Part shown: positions 1-13,214 of the stretch, piece by piece
Numbering within the stretch: position 1 is the stretch's first letter
Layout: every line of letters starts with the position of its first letter
From: Octopus sinensis
Taxonomy: Eukaryota
Length of the DNA: 64,000 nucleotides
Assembly (NCBI RefSeq): GCF_006345805.1
Contig: NC_043003.1
Location: forward strand, 64,542,001 to 64,606,000
Reading direction: 5' to 3'
Position numbers and translations under genes: made by a program
Notes under the pieces: generated by a model
The model's database searches: none
Told to the model about the DNA's origin: nothing
Seen by the model: the letters and a program-made list of their open reading frames with translations, nothing else

Positions 1-146
1 ATGCTTAGAGGTATTTCGTCTGTCTTTATGTTCTGAGTTCAAATTCCACCGAGGTCGACTTTGCCTTTCATCCTTTCAGGGTCGATCTAATCGACTGGCC
101 CCCTCCACCAAGAATCTCGGGCCTTGTGCCTAGAGTAGAAAAGAAT
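1..146 (+). mobile_element. tRNA-derived SINE, family 1 (partial, tail type B)
   Basis: B-box-like gagttcaaattcc, core gtcgactttgcctttcatcc, tail ccttgtgcctagagtagaaaagaat; matches many other copies in the window. Confidence 0.85.
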
Positions 147-748
147 ATAATATTAATAACTATATAATATTAATAACTAAATAAATAATATTACGACAAT
201 ATCAGCAAATTATGAGGTTTAAAGCGTAAGAGTTCCACTTGAGTGAAGCTAACGTCTCGATACCATTTCAAGTGGTCTTTTGTTCTTTCTTTTGGCCGAT
301 TTACATCCTCATTTATGACAAGACACTTCCCGTTGTGCTAAAATGAATTCTCTGTAATATGTGTCAGGATGTTAATTCCAAGAAATAGTTGTCGTTGGTG
401 GTGATCATGTCTCTACGTGGTCGCCGGAACTGCTAAAAAGAATAGCCAAATTTCCTTCAATATATCGTCTTAAACCCCGCCCCCCTCAAAAAAAATATCA
501 GAAATACATAGGCGCATGTATGGCTGTGCAGTTAGCATGATCGCTTTGTAACCTCATGGCTTCGTGTTCGGTTCCACTGGGTGACAACTTTGGTTACAGT
601 AAAACCTGATTAATGCTTTGTGATTGAATTTAGGTAGATGGAAACTATGTGGATACTTTAAGTTGCTGGAAACAGTTGTTAAGTCCTGGATGAATGAAGT
701 ACGCAAAGGAAGGCAAAAAAAGTTTCAATAAGACTTACATAACCCAAA

Positions 749-1155
749 AGGCGGCGAGATAACAGAAACGTTAGCACGTTGGGCGAAATGCTTAGCGGTA
801 TTTCGTCTGCCGCTACGTTCTGAGTTCAAATTCCGGCAGGGTCGACTTTACCTTTCATCCTTTTGGGGTCGATTAAATAAGTACCAGTTACGCACTGGGG
901 TCAATATAATCGACTTAATCCGTTTGTCTGTCCTTGTTTGTCGCCTCTATGTGTAGCCCCTTGTGGGTAGTAAAGAAATAGAAATAGGTATGTTGTCTGT
1001 CTTTACGTTCTGAGTTCAAATTCCACCGAGGTCGATTTTGCCTTTTATCCTTTCGGGATCGATAAATTAAGTACCAGTTGCGTAGTCGAGTCGATCTAAT
1101 CGACTGGTTCCCTCCCTCCAAAATCTCGGGCCTTGTGCCTAGAGTAGAAAAGAAT
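749..1155 (+). mobile_element. Dimeric family-1 SINE (full monomer with tail A plus 5'-truncated monomer with tail B), flanked by a target-site duplication
   Basis: Head ggcggcgag...gagttcaaattcc; second core starts near 986; direct repeat ttacataacccaa at 735-747 and 1156-1168. Confidence 0.85.
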
Positions 1156-1519
1156 TTACATAACCCAAGAATGGTAGTAAGGCAAACTTTACGATTACGT
1201 AACACCAAACTTGCGACCTCCAAACTCGCCACATTTAAATCCCATGGACTACTGAGGCTGGAGCGTTGTTGAAAAGGAGACTAAACGACATCCTCTCTAT
1301 ACCATAGCTTCACTGAAAGTTCTCATTGACCAGATAATGTCTAAAATGAATAAGGACTATTTAGTGCAGGCATGTCAGCGGTTCCGGTTCCGCATAAAAA
1401 CTGAAAGCCCATAGAGAACATGTGCAAAATATTTTTTATTAAAATACATATGATGTTTATCAGATTAGAGTTATTTTATCAATTTACTAAATCCTTAAAC
1501 ACATCTCACTTCCTATATA

Positions 1520-2778
1520 CACAGACATGCAGGAAGTAAATAGACACGTTTAATTTTCAAAATCTTTTATTTAATACGTGAAGCGAACAATTGAAATGTA
1601 ATCGATAGGTAGGACTACATGCTTTAGTATTTAGTTGACATTCCCTTTGCAGTTTTTAATTCAGAAACTCTTTTTGGCATTGAACTGATTAGCTTTGTGA
1701 TTGTCTCTTGTGGAATTTCTGCCCACTTTTCACGCAACAATCAAAAGAATTCATCTTTAGATTCAGGTTTCTGTAGAGTTTTTCGTACAGCTCTATCTAG
1801 TATGCTCCCAAAATTTTCAATTGGGTTCATTTCAGGAAATTGGATCGGCCAAGGAAGCTTTTTGATCCCATTTTAAGTCAGCCATTGTTGATTCCTTTTC
1901 GCTGTGTGGTATGGAGCCCCGTCTTCCATGAATAAAAACTAATTTTTCGTTATATTACCGTGTGAATACATCGGAAGTAGTCCTTGCTTAAGTATTTCGA
2001 TGTATATTTCAGAGTTTATAGTTCCAACACATTCGATCAGCTCAGAACGATCATTGCTGGTGACAGATCCCCATACCATCACAGAGATACCGCCATGTTC
2101 TACAGTTGGTTGGAGTTGTTTCAAATCAAACGACCCAAACACGTCCACTGTCTGAAAATAATGCAAATCTGGATTCTTCTGAGAAAATCACCCTATCCCA
2201 AAAGGAACTGGATTTTTCTGACATCTCCTTAGCCCATTTCTTTCTTTTCATGATATTAATTGGTTGAAGGAGAGGTTTTCTTCTAGCTGCTCATCCATAA
2301 TACCCAAGCTTATGCAGATATATAACACACGTTCTTGGACTAACTTATAGCTGTTTTGCAATGTCAGAAGCCTTCGAACGGGGTTCGTGTTCCGCAATTC
2401 TCTGCAAACAGCGAAGCTTCCTTTCCGAGGCCACAGTTCGGCTAGGACGAGAATCTGTTGATTCTTTTCCTTGGCTTTTGAATTGCACTATAATTCTATT
2501 AACAGTAGCAAGAGGAATTTTGAAGATTTTCGGCAATTTTTTCGATGGCTAAGACCAGCCTCAGATTCCCCAACATTACGACCTCTTTGAAAATCTGATA
2601 GTTCTGCTGAATTTTTTGTGTGTGGCATGGTTACTCTTCACAAATGTTTAATATAATGGCACCTGGAATGAAAAAGAATAATTACATCGTAAATTCTACA
2701 CCGCTGAAAACATATTAAGACGCTTAGATAAGACATTTTGAAAATTAAAGGCGTCTATTTACTTGCTGCATGTCTATG
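1520..2778 (-). mobile_element. Full-length Tc1-like DNA transposon (inactive)
   Basis: ~55-bp imperfect TIRs (cacagacatgcaggaagtaaatagac vs reverse complement catagacatgcagcaagtaaatagac), TA on both flanks, internal transposase remnants. Confidence 0.93.
1624..2628 (-). pseudogene. Tc1 DDE transposase pseudogene
   Basis: Minus-strand motifs MPHTKNSAELSDFQRG, TVEHGGISVMVWG, FMEDGAPYH, WPIQFPEMNPIENFW, SMPKRV...KGMSTKY*; several frameshifts and stops. Confidence 0.9.
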
Positions 2779-3218
2779 TATAAATATATCTTTGAGACAC
2801 ACACACATATTTCAGGCCGTTATTTTCAAAGCACACCTTTCCTTATCAGAACAACGCGTTGCTGGTGTGACATCACTTATCTTCTAGTACAATTATTTAG
2901 TTATGTGAAGTAGGGGTGTGTCATCACACAGGACATCAATCATCACTGCCATGAATTATGTCTCGAGGTAGATTAAATATCTGATAAACATACATACACG
3001 CATATGCATACATACCTGCTTATGTGCGTATATATATATATATGTATATGTATGTAAGTATGGATGTGTATGTATGTAAACATGGATGGATGGATGCGTG
3101 CATCTATCTGTCTGTCTGTCTGTCTGTCACACGTGCAAACGTACGTATATAACCTGTTTCTCTCATATTCTCCTGATTACACGTGATGACAGTTATATAT
3201 TTTCCGTTATAATAATAA

Positions 3219-3690
3219 TGAGAATAGGAAGCTGGACATAGTCTTAACTGAGAAAGAAAACAAACTATGCTGGATCATAGATATAGCATGCCCAGCTGAC
3301 AACAAGGTATGCGATAAGGAAGAAAGGAAAGTTGAGAGATGTGACAGGTTAGCTTGGGAAGTTAAGCAGTTGTGGTCGATGGAAAAGTTAGCAGTAGTAC
3401 CAATAATTGTTGGAGCCTGGGAACAGTGAGCAAAAATCTCGAGAAGTACGTGGAACAAATAGGGGTTGCAATAAGGGTGGGGCACTTGCAGAAACCAGCA
3501 CTGCTTGGAACCGCTCGAACACTCCGAAGGTGCTCGAAAAATAAGGTGTTACTTTAGTTCACTAGTAATGAACAGCTGACACCGTAGTACATCTCCAGCG
3601 TTAGAAGCTATGCAAAGGCAATAATTAATAATAATAATAATAATATAATAATAATAATAATAATATAATAATAATAATAATAATAATATT
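3219..3690 (+). mobile_element. 3' fragment of R4/Dong-like non-LTR retrotransposon (restriction-like endonuclease) with (TAA)n tail
   Basis: Translates to NRKLDIV...IIDIACP...E.RKVE...VVPIIVGA / LGTVSKNLEKY...LQKPALLGTAR; TAA repeats on both sides. Confidence 0.85.
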
Positions 3691-3757
3691 TTCTTTTTTA
3701 ACCACAAAGGTTTACACTAAGAAAAACATTATGGACAGTACAGGACAAAACAAAAAA

Positions 3758-3791
<34 letters not shown>

Positions 3792-4640
3792 TGTTGTTAG
3801 GGTTTTGCGTGTAAACAAGACCAACAAGAAAGTTCTCCGGAAAAGAGTGACTAGCTGATCAAGGTTTCCCCAAGGACGTCGTCACACTTTTCCTCCACTA
3901 ATCCTCTATAAAAAGCTAAAAACGGACGTTCCACCAATCGCACTGTCCGCTTGGCTGATGGTTGTGAGCGCTTGTAGACATTCCACTTTCTAAATGCTCA
4001 CCCCGGGTGTTTGTTTTACCCAGGACTGCAGCTCCGTTAAAGAAACTAGCTGCGGAAATACGTGTCTGGCGAACACACCTGTCCCTCGTCAAGGAAGCAC
4101 TAAAGATGTAGCCCCAGCGCCTGTCTGCGCATCATCAACCACGGCATGCCCAGGCCACCACGCAGCGTGTGCTGATAGCAGATAGACCGTCTGACCATCG
4201 GGATGCGTCCCTTCCAGAAGAAGCGGAAGAATATACGCTCTAGCCTGATCAGACGGTAGCCAGGACAAGGCACGACGGTCAAGCGATGGTAGATGACGGA
4301 TGCGATATGCACGTTATCTACCTCCGCCCAACTTTTCAGGGATATCTTTCTCTCGGCCCATTTATGGGTGAGAGTAGTCACCGTACTCGTTACCTTGTCC
4401 TAGTTTTTGTCCATCAAGAGGTTCGGACCGAATCAGACCTCAAGTAATTTAACCGGTTCGCCTGTCCAGCGCCCAACGACGCAGTTAGACGACTTGCTTC
4501 TCCAGGTGCCGAGCCGCAAGTCCACTGATTTTTCCTGGTTAACTGTTGCTCCTGAAACCGCCTCGTAGTCCCTGATATCGGTGCCGATCATTTCTATATG
4601 TTTATGAACCGACACCAATACGGTAATAATTCTTTCTACA
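3688..4640 (-). mobile_element. Tx1/L1-clade LINE ORF2 3' fragment with 3' UTR
   Basis: ORFs 4433-4648 and 4100-4381 give GATVNQEKS...VKLL and IFFRFFWKG...GGLGMP, typical post-RT motifs of L1/Tx1; degenerate and internally deleted. Confidence 0.82.
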
Positions 4641-5488
4641 AAAGGCACAAAGCCTAAAGTTTTAGGAGGAGGGTATGGGTCAATTACATCATCCCCAATA
4701 TTTCACTGGTACTTAATTTATCGACCCCGAAAGGATGATGATGTTCTCTCCCGTCGCAGACGATGTATGGGTGTTAGGCTTTTGCTGAACGACCAGCATA
4801 AATGATTTGTTTATAGTGGTCAAACACCTGTGCCGTACGTTAGCTCACTTTCTCTATCAAATTAACGTTATATGAACAAGGGCACGGTATACTACGCGTC
4901 TAGGAATTGAAACCAAGAACAATTTTAGAGGGGAGGGGGTATAGTCAATTACAGGGACCTCAGTGCTCAACTGGTACACATTTTATCGACTCATCTTTAC
5001 TCATATAGCACCGTCATACTTTTATTGTTTCGTTTCTCTCGATCTTTAGTGATATTGATAACGAATTTACTTAGAACACACCACAAGAACTCCGGTAACT
5101 AATACAGTCTTTCAGAAAATACATATTTAAACACTTACGAAGATTAAAGTAGGGGTCATAAACTCATACATACCATCTGGCCCCAAGAAAGAATTCGTGA
5201 AGAGTTTTGACTCTGCAACAAAGTAATTATTAATGAGAAGAGACAATAGATTTTGCATCCATACAAGTCTCTATTTGCTATGGCGCTGAAGGAGTTTAAA
5301 GTTTAAATTATATTAATGTTATTAAATATGGCAGTTTGTCCGTCCTTTCCCAAATCTAACAGGTACTTACCAATGGACCTGATGCTCTTATTTTCAACGA
5401 TTTTGTTCAAAACAAGGCTTCAGGTCACCGTAGACTAAAGGACTACTAAGAAGAAAAAGAAGCGGCCTACAAATTCAGATGTTTATTA

Positions 5489-6019
5489 GGTGCGGGAGTG
5501 GCTGTGTGGTAAGTAGCTTGCTTACCTACCTCATGGTTCCAGGTTCAGTCCCACTCCGTGACACCTTGGGCAAGTGTCTTCTACTATAGCCTCGGGCCGA
5601 CCAAAGCTTTCTGAGTGGATTTGGTAGAGGGAAACTGAAAGAAGACCGTCGTATATATACAGGGATGACTGTGTGATAAGTAACTTCCTTACCAACTACA
5701 TGGTTCCAGGTTCAGTCCCACTGCGTGGCACCTTGGTAAGTGTCTTCTACTATAGCCTTTGGTCAACCAAAGCCTTGTGAGTGGATTTGGTAGACGGAAA
5801 CTGAAAGAAGCCCGTCGTACATATGTATGTATGTATAGATATATGTGTGTTTATATATAGGAGTGGCTGTGTGGTAAGTAGTTTGCTTACGAACCACATG
5901 GTTCCGGGTTCAGTTCCACTGCGTGGCACCTAGGGCAAGTGTCTTCTACTATAGCATCGGGCCGACCAAAGACTTGTGAGTGGATTTGGTAGACGGAAAC
6001 TGAAAGAAGCCCGTCGTAC

Positions 6020-6050
<31 letters not shown>

Positions 6051-6275
6051 TGTATGTATGTATGTATGTATGTATGCGTGTGTATATGTTTGTGTGTCTG
6101 TGTTTGTCCCCACAACATCGCTTGACAACCGATGTTGGTGTGTTTACGTCCCCGTGAATTAGCGGTTCGGCGAAAGAAGCCGATAGAATAAATACTAGGT
6201 TCATAAAGAATAAGTCGTGGGGTCGATTTGCTTGACTAAAGGCGGTGCTCCAGCATGGAAACAAATAAAAGAAAA
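5489..6275 (+). mobile_element. Cluster of family-2 CORE-type tRNA SINEs (two head-only copies, one near full length)
   Basis: A box tggctgtgtggt, B box ggttcagtcc, CORE-like caccttgggcaagtgtctt, internal (TATG)n, 3' body ...ggcggtgctccagcatgg. Confidence 0.85.
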
Positions 6276-6699
6276 AATAAATAGAAAATGGACGTCGTGA
6301 CACAGATACTCGATGAAATAAAGATGTAAAATGATTTATCTTGTACTTTTTGCTTCTGTCAGCCAATGAACTGCGGCCATGCTGGAGCATCACCTTAAAG
6401 GTTTAGTTAAGTTTGGTATGTATTCTCTCGATCTTGCTGAATTGCTGAGCTGCTAAGTTAGGGCGACACAAACCAGCATCGGACATCAAGCGGCGGAGGA
6501 GGAGGCGAACACAAACGCAATAACGCACACACACACACACACACCCATACACTCACACATGCGCACGCACACACACACACACACACACATATGATGGGGT
6601 TCCACGTACTTTCCATCAACAGAATCCACTCACAAGACATTAATCAAGTGTGTGTGTGAGGGTGGTGGTGGTGGGGATATATAGTAAAAGACAATTGCA

Positions 6700-6966
6700 C
6701 GTGCACATATGCAAATATATACATATATATGCATGTGTGTACGTGTGTGTGTAAATGTGTGGTGTATGTACCGATCTGTGTGCAACATGTCTCTCTTATT
6801 CCTTTGTTTCCCCTCTCTTGTATATGTGTCTGTGTGTATGTATATACATCTATATATATATGTGTGTGTATATATACATATGCATATATATATGTATACA
6901 CGTATTTATATATATATATATGTGTATATATATATATATATATATAATATATATATATATATATGC

Positions 6967-6998
<32 letters not shown>

Positions 6999-7082
6999 TA
7001 TATAGATATATATATATAATAATATATATATATAAATAATATATGTATATGCATATATATATATATATATAATAATATATAT

Positions 7083-7116
<34 letters not shown>

Positions 7117-7132
7117 AATAATATATATATAT

Positions 7133-7166
<34 letters not shown>

Positions 7167-7419
7167 GCATATATACATACATATATGTACATTCCTACAT
7201 AAATATGTATATACATGCATATGTGAGTACGGGACGTCAAAAATACGTGAACAAAATGAAAAACGAGAACATAAAAAAACAACAAAAACATGGAAAACGA
7301 ACTTTTTTTTCGGACAACGAAAGAAGTAAATAGAAAAACGAGACAGGCAACATAAAGAACATTCCCTTCATTAGTTGTCCCCTGTTTTATCCATTCCGCG
7401 TTTCGAGGTTAGGACATAT

Positions 7420-7463
<44 letters not shown>

Positions 7464-7638
7464 TTAAACAATAAATTAATATATGCATATATGCATACAT
7501 ATATTTACGTACCTACATATATATGTATATAACATGCATATATGGCTACAGGACATCAAAGAAACGTTGAACACAATGAGGAAGGAAAACAAAAACGTAG
7601 AAACGAACTTCTCGAACAACGATATACATGTATATACG

Positions 7639-7680
<42 letters not shown>

Positions 7681-7745
7681 GTATATACGTATATATATAT
7701 ATATTATATATATATTATATATATATATATATGCATGAATATATA

Positions 7746-7796
<51 letters not shown>

Positions 7797-7810
7797 TATA
7801 TATATGCTTT
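6700..7810. repeat. (TA)n-rich microsatellite block enclosing short non-coding interspersed repeat pieces
   Basis: Long TA tracts; the piece at ~7225-7415 recurs at ~11040-11205, ~21905-22080 and ~47910-48300. Confidence 0.8.
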
Positions 7811-8897
7811 TATGAAAGCCAGCCACCTTAGTGGCTTCATCGGTGAACCAAGTCCACTAATGGATTTTTTATTCCTATTTAAGATCATTTAGCCATTTCA
7901 CTACACTTACGCTTCAACAAGACAAAAATAAAAACAAAAACAAACCAAAACAAAAACAGGGGACGGCGCGTGGAGAGACGAGAGAATACCTTTTCTCATC
8001 AGTTTTACAAGACACTTATTATTCTCTTTCCCCCACTCGCTGCTCTGCCACACCATCAGAATACAGCAAACCACATAGCGAGTCAAATTGTTTGCAATAA
8101 ATAAGATAATATTTTTCTTGAAATTTCCCTATATTGGTTCGCTCTGTTATTTACTCCTGTGTGATATTTATCAGCTGGATGGACAAACTCGTATAATACG
8201 GAGTATGATTTCCCTGAGAACAACGTTCGTAACACCGTAGAGAATGTTATTGACGTTTTACCGGGAGGGCATTTTCTCGTATACTTTACATTTTTGTATG
8301 GGTGTGTATATATACATTCCACATAAATGTCAATTTGGGGGTTTATTTTTTTCCCGCTAAAGTAGATTGCATAATGTTTTTACAATGACATTGTATCTCA
8401 TAAAGAGGTGATATTTCCCTCAAATATAAACATATTCTGATCGCGTATCCCGAGATTCGTTCTTTTACATCATCTCCACCCCCAAAGCGAAATGCCGTTA
8501 ACATATCTAGGACATTCATTTAAGGCCCCTAAAACATGAGGTTAGTAAGGCATAATCTATCTTACATAAGAACACTAACATGCACACACAACATATATAT
8601 GTATATGTGTGTGTATATATGTGTGTATATATATATATATATATGTGTGTGTGTATGTATGTATATGTATATATACGTACATATACATATATATACATAC
8701 ATATATACATATAAATACACACACACACACACTAACATGCATATATATATGTATATGTATATGTACGTACATATACATATACATATACATACATACATAG
8801 ATACATATAAATATAGATATACACACACACACACTAACATGCACGCGCATGTGTGTGTGTCTGCGTGTGCGTGTTTGTGCGCTTGCATGTGTTCATG

Positions 8898-8943
<46 letters not shown>

Positions 8944-9345
8944 ATATATATATTTAGAATTGTTGATAATATATTTGTAGATATGATATTATTAGTCGTT
9001 CATTTACAGTATGCACGTATGTGTGTGTGTTTACACACACACACAAATATTTGTAAACCCTCCCGTTTACTTCGGCGGGTGAGTCGATATCTCTCGAACA
9101 AACCCCATATCGGTGACATACTTAATATTCAACGAAATTCGAAGGTAATTAGCGCTATGCAATCACAGCTCCAATTGTTGTTTTTCATTGTTATTATTTA
9201 ATTGCAGGTTAGCATTCCAGCCCTTATCATGCCCTTCCCTTTGAATGTCAATGACTACTTTGTTTAAGTTCTTTCGATAACAAAACTGAAGACAACTTAC
9301 AAATCATTTAATTTTTATTGTATGAAGCTGTAAAAAAATCAAGAA

Positions 9346-9635
9346 ACGTAGGACTGGGTGTGTGGTAAGTAGCTTGCTTACGAACCACATGGTTCCAGTT
9401 TCAGTCCCACTGCGTGGCACCTTGGGCAAGTGTCTTCTACTATAGCCTCGGGCCGACCAAAGCTTTGTGATATATATATATATACGTATGTGTGTGTGTA
9501 TGTGTTTGTGTGTCTGTGTTTGCCCCCCCCCCCCAACATCGCTTGACAACCGATGCTGGTGTGTTTACGTTCCCGTAACTTAGCGGTTCGGCAAAAGATA
9601 CCCATAGAATAAGTACTAGGTTTACAAAGAATAAG
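9346..9635 (+). mobile_element. Family-2 SINE (internally deleted)
   Basis: Same head, CORE-like region and body as other family-2 copies. Confidence 0.8.
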
Positions 9636-11253
9636 GTTTTGTGCCAAAATTTGAACCCACTATTCATTTTTAATTAACTGGGTGAACTGGTGTTACATGA
9701 AACAAAGACGCAGTGTGTGTTTGTAACCGAGAATTGAACTCACGCTTATATGATTGAGAGCCCTTTTGCCTATAAACTTGGTCACGCATATTATCAAGAG
9801 GGAGATAAGTGCACCATTTTACTTCTTGAGCCCAAGGACTAAAAAGATCAGTTACCCGACTTTCCATGGCATATAAGTTATACGCCATGGAAACCAGGTA
9901 CCCTGTGCTCAACATTCCTCTTTATATTGACGACGGTCAGTTGTAGGGTGCCAGACCATCAATTTTGAGGGTGAGAGGTGAAAGACAAATCGATTACCTC
10001 GACACCAGTACTTGAATGGTACTTTATTTTATCGACCCCTGGAGGAATAAAAAGCAAATATGACCATAGCGTGATTTTAATTCAGAGCTTAAGAAGCCAG
10101 AAGAAATGCCGCTAAGAATTTTGTCCAACGTGACCAAGATTCTACCGACTCATCGCCTTGGTATGAATTTCACTGTAAATTCATATTAACGGAAGCATTT
10201 CTTACCAAAAAAGAAAGATAAACAAGAAAAACAAATTTAATTTCTTTCGCATATGTTCTTCTTATCAGACATATTCAGGATATAGAAAACAGTCTTTCAT
10301 GTGTCGATATCTAGATTCTGTTATTTTAAAACTATTTGGAAACTATTCACCGAATATAAACGTTCATATATATCTGATTGCTCAAACGAGCTGTCGTAAA
10401 AAAAGAAATCACAGAGAGAGGGGGAGAAAGAGAGGAGAGAGAGAGAGAGAAATAAAAGTCAACCCAAGTAATCCTTAATTGCAAGTTCGATTCGTGGCTC
10501 ACACCTTTTGCTCGCGCTACCAATGTATTTGAAAAAAATAATGTGTACAACATCATATTCTGTTGCTTAAAACGTACAGGCTTCTATTGAATAAGAGTAA
10601 GAAAATGTTTCTAGAAATTTCTTCATATGTTTAAAGTATTCTCTGAACAATAGTGTCAAGAAAATTTATTCTTCTTTAAGAATGTACTCACGTACGGAGT
10701 ACGTGAGTGGAAGCAAGTGTTTACGTGTCTAACCAGCATTGAAGAGATGGAATCTCAGGTGGAGGTGATTTAGTGTAGTTTGAATTAACTATTTACTTTC
10801 CAGACCAGACTTGTGTATGCATGTGTAAGTCTGTGAGTACGTGCATGTGTGTGTGTGTGTGTGTGTTGTGTGTGTGTGTGTGGATACCCCGCCATATATA
10901 TATATTTATGTATATAAAACTTACTTGGAAAAGGATGAGTGGCGTTCAATCATGTAATAACATAAAAAAAATATAATGTATGCATATATACATATGTCTA
11001 CGTACATACATACATGTAAACGTATATACATATATATATGTGGGCACAGGACGTCACAAAACGTAAACAACAAAAAATACGAAGTACGAGGACATGGAAT
11101 ATGAAGTTTTTTTGCGAACAATGAAACAAATGGAAAACAAAACAAGCAACACAAAGAACGACCCTTCATCAGCTGTTGGCTGTTTTTCTAATCCGTATTT
11201 CGAGCATGTATATATGTATACATGTAAGTATGTACACACACACACACACAAAC

Positions 11254-11290
<37 letters not shown>

Positions 11291-11394
11291 ATATATAGTG
11301 TATATATAAAGTATCGAATTACCACTTTGTTTACATTACCATCACATATGTTTCAATTATTTTCGTATCTTAGTCGATGCATCTATCTATATTC

Positions 11395-11445
11395 GCATTC
11401 TGAAGAGATTTACATAAACCAGTAAATCGAAACGATCGTAAATGC
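11395..11445 (+). ncRNA. Type I minimal hammerhead ribozyme (solo)
   Basis: GCATT-CTGAAGA-GATTTAC(ataaacca)GTAAATC-GAA-AC(GATC)GT-A-AATGC: intact core, 5-bp stem I, 7-bp stem II, palindromic stem III loop. Confidence 0.85.
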
Positions 11446-12370
11446 CACCCTCATCTCTACTTCTTCCTTCTTCGTCATCTATTTAATTAAAGGCATACCA
11501 GCGAAAACCACGAGTTTCCCATTGTTATTATATCCATTTTCTTCTCATATATATATATATATGACGGACTGCTAGAAAGAGTAGCTAAATTCTCTCGACT
11601 CCAATCCTACCGCCTTAAAGGCAAAAGCAAGTTGGACAATGTGGTACTGGGTTCTTTAGACATAGAAAAACCACGGGGTGGCCACGGATGGTTTGCCTTT
11701 ATTGTTGTCTAGTCTCAATCAGGATTGGCATGGGTTAAATGACAACAACGGCTTCAACAACAACAACAACAGCAACAACAACAACACGTCACTAGTTTGC
11801 CTCTGTAGCCTGACAAATAAAATAACGGATATATAAATCTTGCACGTCTATTTCACCGTACTAAATCTTAAACGCTAATTTGCATTCCAGTTTTGGATGG
11901 GAATAAGAGAAGTCTGCATTAAATGGAATAAAGTTTCTGTTGCTGATTGATGCTTGTCTACCAAACAGTGTTTTCTGTCAGACATTGCTGTAACCCCCAT
12001 AATGCTTGTTAATACTGAAAGAAAAAAAAACTACCCCTTAAACAAACTAACGAACAAACAAACAAACAAACAAAAATGAAAAGTACATAATATTTAAACA
12101 ATTATCGTATTCCTTTCAGACAAATAAAGACGAAAAAAATGGTGTATTATTTCATTTAGATATATTAAATCTTTTCGCTTTACATTCCGATCGTTTTCGC
12201 TCAACAAGGAAATGAGAAAAATAGTGAACTGTAGCAGGTGGATAAACAATGAGAGTACGAGGTTACATGACAAAGAGTATTCATTTAGGAAGTTAGGAAG
12301 TTAAGTGAAAGAGTATGATTTTTATACACCGAAGGAATATTAAGTCAAGAACATAAGCGACAACTTAGGG

Positions 12371-12432
<62 letters not shown>

Positions 12433-12641
12433 GGAAAAAGAAAATGGAGAAAAATGATTTTAAAAAACATAACAGTACAAATAAATTGATTACAAGTTGT
12501 AAACCTTAAGAAATAGAATAAAGGAATCTACATAAATGTTTCAGTCCTATCACCTAGTTGATCAGAAGTTCTAAGCATTTGCTTAAATGATAAGAAAGGT
12601 ATCACATTTTAACTATACGGGGGTAGGATTTCCACTTATTT

Positions 12642-12701
<60 letters not shown>

Positions 12702-12815
12702 CGTGATCACCGTGACCGACCAGGCTATCAGATGTTGCTACACATCGCTTGTCACAATGCGCTTCGCATTGTTATCGCCTTCAAATGACGCCACCCCGCT
12801 GGCTAAGCGAGCAGG

Positions 12816-12861
<46 letters not shown>

Positions 12862-13214
12862 CCTGCTCGCTTAGAAATAAGTGGAAATTTTACCGGTGAG
12901 TGTTACATTATAAGGCACAAAAAGAAAATGACTCTTCCCTGACACAACAGAATATGCTTCAACACACGAACTCATATAAGGAATCTTGCAAACCAAATCC
13001 AAAAACGATATATATATATGCATATATATATTATATATATTATATAAATATATATATGTTTCGTTTTTGTATGTGGTTTATAAGATTATATATGTGAATT
13101 CGTGTTTTGAAGCATATTTTATTGTCTGGGGAGAGTCATTCTCTTTTAGCGCCTTATTGATTTAAGATACTCACCGATCTGATTTCCACTCATTTACTTG
13201 TTATTTTGGTTGGA

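Noticed and set aside
8160-8470. Possible minus-strand PLE linker remnant
   Set aside because: Motifs too decayed to support a call.
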